From positions 1,056,001-1,120,000 of the forward strand of contig CAVOKF010000005.1 in assembly GCA_963696385.1 (NCBI GenBank): a stretch of 64,000 nucleotides of DNA, read 5' to 3'. This document shows, in pieces, positions 19,917-29,510 of the stretch. The stretch is from an uncultured delta proteobacterium (GTDB taxonomy: Bacteria; Myxococcota_A; Polyangia; Polyangiales; Polyangiaceae). The translations under genes and the position numbers were made by a program. The notes under the pieces were generated by a model that worked only from the letters and a program-made list of their open reading frames with translations, ran no database searches and was not told the DNA's origin. The first letter of the stretch is position 1. Every line of letters begins with the position of its first letter.

Positions 19917-21302
19917 TATCCCGGTGCTTCGGGCCGTGCGTCGCCGGTGCCCTCATCTTGATTCCCGGAGTGGCCCGGGCTCAAGCTGCACCTTCGGCAC
20001 CAGGGGCCCCAGCGGGCGGTGGCGGCGCGATCGTTCCGAGTCCCGTTCCGCCCGCCAATCCTTCGCTGCCGGGGTCCACGTACGTCCCGATGCCGGGTCA
20101 AGGCGCGTACGGCAACCCCCAGTCGCCGAACGGGACTATCGGCGGCGGAAACGCGACCGAATCCAGCGCACACCCCGTGACCGGCGACGAGGAAGACTCG
20201 TTCGACCTCGGGTCGCGCGGCGGCGACGGAAGCGCGTTGCATGGGTCCACCGACGGCCCCATCTTCCTGCAGGGCTATCGACCCCACGGCATCGCCAGCG
20301 CCACCGGCGAGGTGCCGCCTTCGCACGTCGTGCGCCGCGGAGACACGCTTTGGGGCCTATGCGACGAATACCTCGGAAATCCGTACCAGTGGCCGCGCGT
20401 CTGGTCGTACAACCCGCAGGTCAAGAACCCGAACTGGATTTATCCCGGCGATGAAATTCGGCTGAAGCCCCCGAGCGAGTCGGCTGCGGCACAGCCGGCC
20501 ACGTCGTCGAACCAGGCGAACGGATTGAGGCTCGTCGAACGGCATCGGAACGTGCCGAACGGCACGGTATTTCTACGGGATCAGGGCTGGATTCACGACG
20601 AATCGGACGACGTATGGGGTGAGATCACGGGGGCTCCGACCGACAAGATGTTCCTGTCGGATTCGGATGAGGTGTACTTGACGATTCGGCGAGGCCACGA
20701 CCTCCGACTCGGCCAGCAACTGACGATTTTTCGGACACGGACGACCCAAGCCGCCGGAGCGATCGTTCAAGTCCTGGGCACCGTACGAGTCGATGATTGG
20801 AATGACAGGGAGCGAACCGCGCGGGCGAAGGTCATCGAGTCGCTGGACGTCATCGAGCGCGGCGCACGGATCGGCCCTGTGGTGCGCATGTTCGCGATCG
20901 TCGAGCCGAAACGCAACGACATCGACCTGCAAGGTCACGTGCTCGCGAGCCTGCACCCTAATGAGTTTTTCGGGCAGAATCAGGTCGTATTCATCGACAA
21001 GGGGCAGGCCGCGGGCCTAAAAGCGGGCAACCGTCTCTTCGTGATGCGTCGCGGCGACGCATGGCGTCAGACACTGCTCACGGCCGACATGAGCTTCCGG
21101 GTGTCGGCCGACGACGAGCGTCCGATGCCTCCGATGGAAAAGAACTCCGGGGTCGGATCACGACGACCGAAAGTATCCCGAGGAATTCATCGCCGAGCTT
21201 CGGGTCGTCGACCTGAAGAAGGACAGCTCAGCGTGTCTTGTGACCCAGGCGAAGAGCGAGATCGAGCTCGGGGATGTCGTGGTCGCGCGAAAGGGATACT
21301 GA
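19913..21302 (+). CDS. LysM-domain secreted protein (frameshift near 21143)
   Basis: HVVRRGDTLWGL...YLGNPYQWPRVWSYNPQVKNPNWIYPGD. Removing one A near 21143 continues the frame as TPGSDHDDRKYPEEFIAELRVVD...EIELGDVVVARKGY* to 21302. Confidence 0.8.
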
Positions 21303-21417
21303 ACTTCACGCCGGCAAGCGACAACGAGCCGTGCACCCCGGCGATCGAGCCGCGCCGAGAGCGAGGGACACCGGGTGGACGGCGCGGTGCGCTCCACGGG
21401 CGCTATAAAGGAGACCC

Positions 21418-22206
21418 GTGCGTTTCGCGATCGATCGGTTGTGCGCCGCGGCCATGCTCCTGTCGCTCGTCGCGTTTGGCGGCCAACGATCACCGGTCGG
21501 GCTCAGCGAAAACGATGAGCCCACCGTCGTCGATTCGTTCGACGACAACGGCGACGAAGTGGACGAGTCGTCGAACTCCGACGAGCGGCCCCTCCTATCG
21601 CAGGCCGATGCAGGACGCGTTCGTCCTCGTGGCCATTGCCCGTCGAGTATGGTGAAGGTCGGGGTCACGTGCATCGATCGCTACGAGGCTCCCAACCGTC
21701 GTGGCGCCAAGCCGCTCGTGATGCAGTCCGCAAACGATGCCGTCGCATGGTGCTCCGCCCATCAGAAGCGCTTGTGCACGGAGGACGAATGGATCAGCGC
21801 CTGCGAAGGCGACGAGCACCGCACCTATCCTTATGGCCGTGACCACGTCGACGGGCGGTGCAACGACGACAAGCCGTGGCGACAAGTTCACGAGGCGACA
21901 CTGGCGAAGTGGCCCGCGACGGAGGCGCGCGTGCACGCTCAGGAGCTGTACCAAGCGGTTCCGAGCGGCTCGAAGCGCGAGTGCGCGTCGGGCTCCGGCG
22001 TGCACGACCTCACGGGGAACGTCGAAGAGTGGGTCGTGCGCACGCGCGAGCACGCCAACCCGTGGCCATACTTGCTCGCTGGTTGCTACTGGTCGGGCTG
22101 CTACGGCGGCTCCAAACCGACGTGCCATTCCACCAATGATGCACACGGACCGGATTTTCGGTTTTACGAAACCGGGTTTCGCTGTTGCCGGGACGTCGAC
22201 CGTTAG
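21418..22206 (+). CDS. FGE-sulfatase (SUMF1/EgtB/PvdO-like) domain protein
   Basis: CIDRYE, KRLCTEDEW, YPYG, HDLTGNVEEW, GFRCC. Confidence 0.85.
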   Translation: MRFAIDRLCAAAMLLSLVAFGGQRSPVGLSENDEPTVVDSFDDNGDEVDESSNSDERPLLSQADAGRVRPRGHCPSSMVKVGVTCIDRYEAPNRRGAKPLVMQSANDAVAWCSAHQKRLCTEDEWISACEGDEHRTYPYGRDHVDGRCNDDKPWRQVHEATLAKWPATEARVHAQELYQAVPSGSKRECASGSGVHDLTGNVEEWVVRTREHANPWPYLLAGCYWSGCYGGSKPTCHSTNDAHGPDFRFYETGFRCCRDVDR

Positions 22207-22354
22207 GCGGGTTACCGCAAATCGTGGATTGGATCAGGCGCACCCATGGCTTGATGCATGAGCTTCGATGGGTGGGAGCGAGATCTTCTGGTTCGTTCAT
22301 TTTCTGACGATGCCTTCGTCGGAAGCCGGCGTGGGCCGTGTCGCCCGTTCGCGC

Positions 22355-23089
22355 TCAATCGTACCGTTCGCTGTGAACCTGCTCTCGCGCGACGTCGAGA
22401 TCCCTCCTCAAGATGTCCCGAACCGAGCCCACCATGCGCTGCAATCCGCAGACGAACACGTGCGGCGTGCCTTCGCCCCGCGACGCCAAGTCGCGCCAGA
22501 GTTCTCGGACGTGGGCCTGGACGTAACCGCGTCGTCCCGCCCATGTGGCTGCGGGCCGGGACAGCGTGGGTTCGAAGCGAAACGCCGGGTACCCCGCGGC
22601 CAGGTCCCTCCACTCGGATCCGTAGAGTAGGTCCGAATCGTCTCGCACCCCGAAAAGGAGCCACAGGGGGGCGACCGACTCGGCGGCGACGGCGGCGCGA
22701 ATCATCGATCGGAGAGGGGTGATACCCGTTCCGGTCGCAATCATGAGCGAGGGCGGGGCGCCTACTGGAGCGCGGGTGAAGAAGCCTTGAGGTCCGTCGA
22801 ATCGAAGCTGCGCTCCGGGCTCGAGAGCGTGCAGCCATGTCGAGCCCAGACCTACCCGGGTGACCGCGATCTCGAACCGCGGGGACCGCTCGGGCGCCGA
22901 GGCGATCGAGTACGATCGCTTCAGAATCGGCGCATTCTCGTTGGCGACGGGAAGCATCACGCTCACCCACTGACCGGCCTCGAACTGCAATGCTCGCCCA
23001 TCCAACCGGTCGAAGACGAGCTCGCGAACCGTCGGCGACAGAGTTCGCGATCCCACGAGCCGTGCTTCGAATGGGGGAGGAATCGGCAT
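22355..23089 (-). CDS. FAD/NAD(P)-binding oxidoreductase (ferredoxin-NADP reductase family)
   Basis: FEAGQW, RSYSIAS, GPQGFF, ATGTGITPLRSM, VCGLQRMV. Confidence 0.88.
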   Translation of the reverse strand: MPIPPPFEARLVGSRTLSPTVRELVFDRLDGRALQFEAGQWVSVMLPVANENAPILKRSYSIASAPERSPRFEIAVTRVGLGSTWLHALEPGAQLRFDGPQGFFTRAPVGAPPSLMIATGTGITPLRSMIRAAVAAESVAPLWLLFGVRDDSDLLYGSEWRDLAAGYPAFRFEPTLSRPAATWAGRRGYVQAHVRELWRDLASRGEGTPHVFVCGLQRMVGSVRDILRRDLDVAREQVHSERYD

Positions 23090-23094
23090 GTGGA

Positions 23095-23748
23095 TTATGG
23101 GTGCACCTTGGGCGACCCGCGCGCGGGGCCCGTCATGGCCGGTAGAGAGAGCGCCTCCGGCCGGTACGCGTACGCTGGCTTTACCCGCGACAAGGAGCGC
23201 AGCGTCCGCTCCATCCGGAGCAGGGCGTTCAGGGTTTCGGACGTGGAGAGAGAGGTCGCGCGCGCCGCTGCGAGCACACGATCGATCGCCGTGTTGGCCG
23301 CGAGCGAATGGAACACAGCCCCCGGCAGCAACGCTACAACCAGAGGGCGGTCCGTCCCGACCACGCGTCCATCGAACAGCTGGTCGTGTCCCGCGTCGAG
23401 CTCGGCGCACGACTCGTCGTCGAGCAGAGACAAAGCGAGCTGGGCGCCGCTCCAGACGTCGATGAGGATGCGACCGTCAGCCCGGAAAAGTCCACGGTGT
23501 GCTCGCTCAAGGGCCGGCAACCAAATGCGCTCCTGCGCCGTTAGGTCGGCTTCGACCGCACGCCCGAAGCGACCGTCGGTCACCGCGTCGCACCAAAACG
23601 CGCGGCTGCGCTCCTCGAACCAGGCGTCTTCGGGTGCGAACGCGCCGGTGCGCACCTCGAAGGCGGCGCGCATCGCGGCGACTCGAGGAATGTGCGCCGC
23701 TGCGCCTCCCAGTTGAACGATTCGACTCACGGCCTCGAGCAATCCCAT
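23095..23748 (-). CDS. Hypothetical protein
   Basis: Protein-like 217-aa ORF ending 5 nt before the reductase start. Confidence 0.6.
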   Translation of the reverse strand: MGLLEAVSRIVQLGGAAAHIPRVAAMRAAFEVRTGAFAPEDAWFEERSRAFWCDAVTDGRFGRAVEADLTAQERIWLPALERAHRGLFRADGRILIDVWSGAQLALSLLDDESCAELDAGHDQLFDGRVVGTDRPLVVALLPGAVFHSLAANTAIDRVLAAARATSLSTSETLNALLRMERTLRSLSRVKPAYAYRPEALSLPAMTGPARGSPKVHP

Positions 23749-23789
23749 GGCGCGCTCGGGCTGGTGTACGCTGAGTGAGTCTGGTTCGC

Positions 23790-24185
23790 ATGGAAAACCG
23801 CGTCTTCATTCCCCAGGCCGCGCTCGATCGGTGGATGAGCGACGGATCGGCCGATCTGCGCGAGGGGGAGCTCATCGTTACGGCCGGCGTGGCCGGTGTC
23901 GCGCCGGAACTCGCCTCAGCCTTGGCGCCGGGACGGCGTTTTCGCTTGGCCGAAGCCATTTACATCGTGCGCGAGTTGGCCGCCACGGGTGATCACGACC
24001 TCGTCGGTCGAGTCAAGGGCCGCACCGAGCTCGATGAACTAGGCGCTGAGATCGTGCAAACGTCGATGCTCGTCGGAGACTCCGCCTACGACATCGAGCC
24101 AGGTTGGCTTGGCGTTCCGGCCGTGACGCCCGAGGCCGAGGCCGAAGTGGGCGTCGTCGAAGTGGCGAACGCGGTCGTTACGTAG
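23790..24185 (+). CDS. Hypothetical protein
   Basis: MENRVFIPQAALDRW...DLVGRVK...SMLVGDSAYDIEPGWLG; co-oriented just upstream of ccsA. Confidence 0.65.
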   Translation: MENRVFIPQAALDRWMSDGSADLREGELIVTAGVAGVAPELASALAPGRRFRLAEAIYIVRELAATGDHDLVGRVKGRTELDELGAEIVQTSMLVGDSAYDIEPGWLGVPAVTPEAEAEVGVVEVANAVVT

Positions 24186-24199
24186 CACGATCCGTTGGC

Positions 24200-25021
24200 G
24201 TGACCCTCCAGCTCGCAAACGCACTGTTCGCTGTGACGGTGGTCGCGTACCTGGCTGCGTCGCTGCTATTTGTAGCGGATTTGTTCGGCTGGGCCGGCCA
24301 AGCCAGAACGTGGGCGCCTCGGTTGGTGGCCTTCGGCGTTCCGTTTCACGCCGCGCACATCGTCGTTTGGTCCGTCGTCTTGCACGTCTGTCCGGTCGAA
24401 GGCATTCATTTTTCGCTCAACGTCGCATCGCTGTTGGTATGCGCGGCGTACCTGGTCGTGCGGCGGCGCTATCGCGTGGACGCGGTCGGCGCGTTCGTCG
24501 CCCCGCAAGCGCTCGTGTTCCTGCTCGCATCGCGTTTCGTGGGGCCGGTCGATGCCGAACCGCGGTTGAGGAGCGCCCTCTTGCCGTTCCACGTGATCAG
24601 CAACCTTCTCGGGATCGCTCTCTTTACGCTGGCGTTCGCCGCGGCGGTCGCCTACTTGCTGCAGGAGCGCCGCCTCAAGCAAAAGTGGCTTGAGGCGGTC
24701 GAGCGCCTTCCCGCCGTCGACGCGCTGGATCGCGCCGAACACCGCTTCCTCGCAGCGGGTTTTCCACTGCTCACGATTGGCGCGCTGACCGGGACGATTT
24801 GGGCGCGCGAGGTCGAGGCGGGCGGTGCCGCCGACATCGCCCGGGCCGTGCTCTCGTACGTCTCCTGGGCGCTCATCGGAGTCGTGCTGCTGCTGCGCGC
24901 TTCGGCCGGGTGGCGCGGTCGGCGCGCAGCCGTGGGAACCATATTGTGCTTCGGATTGACGGTGCTCGTGATCGTCGCATACTTGGTCAGGAGCATCACC
25001 GGCGCGGGCGGACACGCATGA
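24200..25021 (+). CDS. ccsA: Cytochrome c assembly protein CcsA/HemX family
   Basis: About 8 TM segments, LPFHV, YLLQERRLK, GFPLLTIGALTGTIWA, GWRGRRAA; ATGA overlap with hemA. Confidence 0.8.
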   Translation: MTLQLANALFAVTVVAYLAASLLFVADLFGWAGQARTWAPRLVAFGVPFHAAHIVVWSVVLHVCPVEGIHFSLNVASLLVCAAYLVVRRRYRVDAVGAFVAPQALVFLLASRFVGPVDAEPRLRSALLPFHVISNLLGIALFTLAFAAAVAYLLQERRLKQKWLEAVERLPAVDALDRAEHRFLAAGFPLLTIGALTGTIWAREVEAGGAADIARAVLSYVSWALIGVVLLLRASAGWRGRRAAVGTILCFGLTVLVIVAYLVRSITGAGGHA

Positions 25022-26382
25022 TCCTGGTGGTGGGTCTCTCGCATCGTACGGCGCCTCTCGACGTTCGCGAGCGTCTGGCCGGGGGTCCGGCGGCACTTCC
25101 TGCGGTGCTGGCCCGGTTGGCTGCGCGCTCGGAGCTCGAGGAGTCGATGTTCTTGTCGACCTGCAACCGCGTCGAGGTCGTCGCGCGCGTCCGACGAGGC
25201 TTGGCGGGGCTGGATGGCGCGCGTCGCGCGATTCGCGAGGAGCTTGCCCAGCAAGGGGGAGCCGTCAGCGGGGACCATCTCGCGCCGTATTTGTACGAAA
25301 AGCGCGACGACGATGCCGTGCAGCACATCTTTCGCGTGGCGGCGAGCCTCGACTCGATGGTCCTCGGCGAGCCGCAAATCCTCGGTCAAGTGAAGGACGC
25401 GTACGACGCTGCAATCGCCGCAGGCACTCTCAAGGGGACGCTCGCGCGTTGCGTCAGCCGTGCCTTCTCGGTGGCCAAACGCGTTCGCACCGAAACGAGC
25501 ATCGGCGTGGGGACGGTGAGCATTTCGAGCGTCGCCATCGATCTGGCCCGGCGCATTTTCGGCGATCTATCCGACCGAACGGTACTGCTCATCGGCGCCG
25601 GGGAGATGGCGGAGGCAGCCGCGAGCAGTCTGGTCAAGGGGGCGCGAACGCTGCGCATCTGCAACCGGAGCTTTGACCGAGCCGCGTCACTCGCGAGTAC
25701 GATGCAAGCGTCGGCCGTGCCATGGGGCGAACTCGCGGCGGAGCTCGTCAGCGCCGACGTGGTCGTCGCGAGCACGGCCAGCCCGACCTACGTCGTGACG
25801 GTCGAAATGGTCAAACGAGCGATGAAGGCGCGCAAGGGTCGAACGCTGCTTTTTGTCGATATTGCGGTGCCTCGCAACGTCGAGCCGGCCGTTCATGGGA
25901 TAAATAACGTGTACGTGTTCAACGTTGACGACCTCGAGCAAGAGGTTGCACGTGGCCTCAAGGCGCGACATGCGCAGGTCGAAGTCGGCGAGCAGATTGT
26001 CGCCGAAGAAGTCTCCCGATTCTTTGCCTGGCGGCGAGGACTCGAAGTGCAGCCGACGGTCGTGGCCATGCGGTCGAAGGCGCGTGCGGTGTTTTTTTCG
26101 GAGTTCGAGCGATCGCTCGGTGGCCGCCTCAAGCACCTCGCCGAGGGCGACCGGGCGGCACTGACTCAAATGCTGGAGAGCGCGCTAAACAAGCTGCTTC
26201 ACACCCCGACCACCCGGCTGAAAGCGCGTGCCGCCGAAGGGGAGGACGGGATGGAGCTCGCGGCAGCCATGCGCTTTCTCTTCGACCTGCAGGAGATTGC
26301 GGTGGCCAAGGAACACGAGGAGGGTGAGGTGGCCGCGACTTCTTTTGCCTCAGCCGAGGGCGACGAACGGCTCCCTCACTGA
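25018..26382 (+). CDS. hemA: Glutamyl-tRNA reductase
   Basis: VGLSHRTAP, LSTCNRVE, SLDSMVLGEPQILGQVK, IGAGEM, DIAVPRNVE. Confidence 0.97.
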   Translation: MILVVGLSHRTAPLDVRERLAGGPAALPAVLARLAARSELEESMFLSTCNRVEVVARVRRGLAGLDGARRAIREELAQQGGAVSGDHLAPYLYEKRDDDAVQHIFRVAASLDSMVLGEPQILGQVKDAYDAAIAAGTLKGTLARCVSRAFSVAKRVRTETSIGVGTVSISSVAIDLARRIFGDLSDRTVLLIGAGEMAEAAASSLVKGARTLRICNRSFDRAASLASTMQASAVPWGELAAELVSADVVVASTASPTYVVTVEMVKRAMKARKGRTLLFVDIAVPRNVEPAVHGINNVYVFNVDDLEQEVARGLKARHAQVEVGEQIVAEEVSRFFAWRRGLEVQPTVVAMRSKARAVFFSEFERSLGGRLKHLAEGDRAALTQMLESALNKLLHTPTTRLKARAAEGEDGMELAAAMRFLFDLQEIAVAKEHEEGEVAATSFASAEGDERLPH

Positions 26383-26589
26383 CGGCTGTGGCGAGGGCGC
26401 CAGCTAACGCGGTTGGCTCTTGGCACGGGCCGTGGCATCGGTGGTCTCGCTGGATCGCGGCCCGCGTGCGGGGTCCGGCCGCATTTCGTGATCCATGGAT
26501 CTCCGGGCGAGGGGAGCCGGCGTGACGATCGGAGCGCGCGCCGGAGGGGGTCGTCCTCTTCTCTCGACGGCTATGACGCACTTGTGGGC

Positions 26590-27495
26590 TCAGGCGAGTC
26601 GTCGACCCAAGGCGAGCCCGAGCGCCTCGGCATGCGTCTCCGATGCGGGCCACGGGACGGTTCGTTCGGCCTCGCGGTAGCGGCCGCCGTCCAAATCGGC
26701 CACGAATGCACGCAGGCGAATGTCGTCTCCCACGCGATCGGCGTGGGCTCCCAGGGGCATCTGGCAGTCGCCGCCCAGGGAAACGAGAACACCGCGTTCC
26801 GCGGCTACGCACGTCGCCGTCACGGGGTCGTGGAATCGACGAAGGAGAGTTCGCACACTCACGCCGTCGTCACGACATTCGATAGCCAACGCGCCCTGCC
26901 CGGGAGCCGGCAAGGATAGCGGCAGGGCCAGTACCTCGGTCTTGCGGTGTCCAAGGCCCAGCCGGACCAACCCGGCGCCCGCCACCACGATCGCGTCGTA
27001 CTCTCCCGAATCGACCTTGCGCAGACGCGTGTCGACGTTGCCACGCAGCGACACGATCGTGATGTCGGGGCGCAGGCGCTTCAGTGCCACCGCGCGGCGC
27101 AAGCTCGACGTTCCAATGCGAGCTCCAGCCGGCAGGGCGTCGAGCCGCCCGTGGCGCGGGGCGATGAGAACGTCGTGTGCGTCTTCGCGCGCAGGAACGC
27201 ACGTCACGACCAATCCTGGGGGAAGCTCGGCGGGGACGTCTTTCATCGAGTGCACGGCGAAGTCCGCGCGGCCGTCGAGGAGGGCTTCCTCGATTTCCTT
27301 GACGAACAGCCCTTTGCCCCCAACCTCCGAGAGCGGCCGGTCCTGGATCCGGTCCCCGCTCGTGACGACTTGCAGCTCGGTGGTCTCGACGGATGGTTCG
27401 ACGGCTCGGAGGCCCGCCACGAAAGCGCGGCACTGCGCTAGCGCCAACGCAGACCGCCGGGTCGCGACGGTGAGGCTTCGCTCGGAGACTCTCAT
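26590..27495 (-). CDS. hemC: Hydroxymethylbilane synthase (porphobilinogen deaminase)
   Basis: ATRRSALALAQ, GGKGLFVKEIE, VHSMKDVP, GTSSLRR, RGNVDTRL, GGDCQMP. Confidence 0.97.
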   Translation of the reverse strand: MRVSERSLTVATRRSALALAQCRAFVAGLRAVEPSVETTELQVVTSGDRIQDRPLSEVGGKGLFVKEIEEALLDGRADFAVHSMKDVPAELPPGLVVTCVPAREDAHDVLIAPRHGRLDALPAGARIGTSSLRRAVALKRLRPDITIVSLRGNVDTRLRKVDSGEYDAIVVAGAGLVRLGLGHRKTEVLALPLSLPAPGQGALAIECRDDGVSVRTLLRRFHDPVTATCVAAERGVLVSLGGDCQMPLGAHADRVGDDIRLRAFVADLDGGRYREAERTVPWPASETHAEALGLALGRRLA

Positions 27496-27555
27496 AGCCG
27501 AGTAGGTGTAGCCGACTTGCCACGGGGTCGCCGATGGCCTAGCTGTGGCACGGCT

Positions 27556-28302
27556 GTGCTAGTTCGTGCCCGCTGGTCGCCGATCGCCTTCGCAGCCACA
27601 GCTACCGTGCTGCTTTTCTCGACTGTCGCGCGAGCGCGAGCGCGAGCGAACACGCCCGACCCCATGACCATCGACGTCCCCGGGTACGGCGAAGCTTACT
27701 ATTACAAGCCCCGTACGCGCGCGCGGCGGCCCATCTTGCTTTACCTGCATGGACGAGGAGGCAGCGCTTTCGAGGACTGTCGCAAATGGGCTCGAGTGGC
27801 TCGTCAATTTGGCTGGATCGTGTGTCCGGAGGCTCCGGCGGTGGGCGAAAACGGGGGTCGCACCTGGAACAACGATGCCGGTACGGCGAAGAAGGTCGTC
27901 GATGCGACAGTCGCGGCGTTGATGGAACAATACAAAGGGCGGATTCGAACGCGCGGGGACGTGCTCATCGGATTTAGCGAGGGAGCCTTCGTCGCCCAGC
28001 AAATCGGCCTGCGCGATCCCGCTCATTGGAGCCGCTGGCTCATTCTCGCTGCGAACGATGAGTATTGGTACGGCGACGCACCGCAGCTTTTGGAGCAAAA
28101 CCGTTCGAAGATTCGGCGCGTGTACCTCTTTACGGGCGAGAACGACGACGTTGCCGAGAATACGAAGCGGGCCGGCGAGATGCTCAAGAGCGCGCGAATC
28201 CCGGTGCGCGTCCGCATCGCGCCGGGCCTCGGACATGAAATTCCCGCCGACCGCATGATCACGAACTACCGGCGTCCGCTGCGCTGGCTCATTCGAGGTT
28301 GA
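27556..28302 (+). CDS. Secreted alpha/beta hydrolase (esterase-like)
   Basis: Signal-like N-terminus, LYLHGRGG, nucleophile elbow GFSEG, GEND, GLGH catalytic triad pattern. Start is uncertain. Confidence 0.75.
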   Translation: MLVRARWSPIAFAATATVLLFSTVARARARANTPDPMTIDVPGYGEAYYYKPRTRARRPILLYLHGRGGSAFEDCRKWARVARQFGWIVCPEAPAVGENGGRTWNNDAGTAKKVVDATVAALMEQYKGRIRTRGDVLIGFSEGAFVAQQIGLRDPAHWSRWLILAANDEYWYGDAPQLLEQNRSKIRRVYLFTGENDDVAENTKRAGEMLKSARIPVRVRIAPGLGHEIPADRMITNYRRPLRWLIRG

Positions 28303-28373
28303 CGAACGGTCGACCGGTGGCACGTCCGATTCGGGCATAAACCACCGCGCCCAGGTGGACCGTATGAAGGGGC

Positions 28374-29492
28374 ATGCGCTGCGTGCCCACTCCGGCCGAG
28401 AAGGGATCGACCCATCCGGAGCGAGCCAACTTCGACGCGGTTCGACATCTCGGGCGTCGTTTCGCCAGTGCGCGCGTGCGCGAAGTGCCGCTGCTTCGTG
28501 CCGCGGAGCTCGACCAGCGCGCCGACCCGACCGGCAGCACGCGAGTCTGGCTCGCCCTGGAAGCGCTCCAGGTCACCGGAAGCTTTCACGTGCGAGGGGC
28601 GCTCGTGGCCCTGGAGCGAATCGCGGCGACGGCCAAAGACTGGCACATCGTCGCTCCCAGCGCTGGCAACCACGGAGTTGCCGTCGCGTACGCGGCCTGT
28701 GTCCTTGGCATGTCGGCTACTGTGGTGGTTCCGCGCACAACCGCACGAACGAAGCGCGAGAAGATCGAGCGGTACGGCGCGGAGCTCGTGGTTGCGGCGA
28801 CCAATCTCTACCGAGACGCCGAAGCGCTTGCGAGCGAAATGGCCTTCTCGCGAGGCGCCGCGTTCGTCGCACCCGGTGCCGACGTCGACCTAGTGACGGC
28901 GAACGGCGGGTCGCTCGGAATCGAAATCGTCCGAGCTCTTGGCCGCGTTCCCGAAAGGGTTCTCGCACCCATGGGCGACGGCGGGCTCGCCACGGGCCTC
29001 GCCTGGGCGTTTTCGGCCGACGCGCACGCCCACCCGGATCGCGCTGTGTGGGGGGTTCATCCCGAGGCCCGATGGACGACAGGCGTTTGGCTCGACAGCG
29101 AGGACCCCGCAAACCATATTGACGCCGACGCTCCGACCCTCGCCGAGGAGCTGGGCCCCGGGATGTCGGCCGAAGGGATGGCCCAGGCGCGCGCCTCGCT
29201 CGCGGGCATCGTCGTGGCGCAAGAGGCCGAGATCGCGGCGGCCATGGCGCACGCGTATCACGACATGGGCATCGTTCTCGAAGGCAGTGCGGCCGTGGCT
29301 CTTGCGCCCGTGCTCTTCGGGCTGCCTGCGCATGTGCGCGGCGGTAATCTGGTCGTCGTGCTCACCGCGAGGAACGTCGATCCGGAACGTCTGGACGCCG
29401 TGCTTGTTCGGGCGAGCTTGGCGACGACCCCCAAAGTGGACGATGGCAGCCGCCATTCAGTGGGTCGATCGAGTGGCCATCGCGAGACCTGA
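28374..29492 (+). CDS. Threonine/serine dehydratase-like (PLP fold type II) protein lacking the PLP lysine
   Basis: LQVTGSFHVRGA, SAGNHG, GDGGL, LEGSAAVALA, RNVD. Confidence 0.8.
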   Translation: MRCVPTPAEKGSTHPERANFDAVRHLGRRFASARVREVPLLRAAELDQRADPTGSTRVWLALEALQVTGSFHVRGALVALERIAATAKDWHIVAPSAGNHGVAVAYAACVLGMSATVVVPRTTARTKREKIERYGAELVVAATNLYRDAEALASEMAFSRGAAFVAPGADVDLVTANGGSLGIEIVRALGRVPERVLAPMGDGGLATGLAWAFSADAHAHPDRAVWGVHPEARWTTGVWLDSEDPANHIDADAPTLAEELGPGMSAEGMAQARASLAGIVVAQEAEIAAAMAHAYHDMGIVLEGSAAVALAPVLFGLPAHVRGGNLVVVLTARNVDPERLDAVLVRASLATTPKVDDGSRHSVGRSSGHRET

Positions 29493-29510
29493 TAGGCTGT
29501 TCGAGCGATC

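Noticed and set aside
27545..27560. Sigma-54 promoter-like TGGCACGGCTGTGCT (similar case near 26421)
   Set aside because: GG-to-GC spacing is 9 nt (11 nt at the other site), not the strict 10 nt required.
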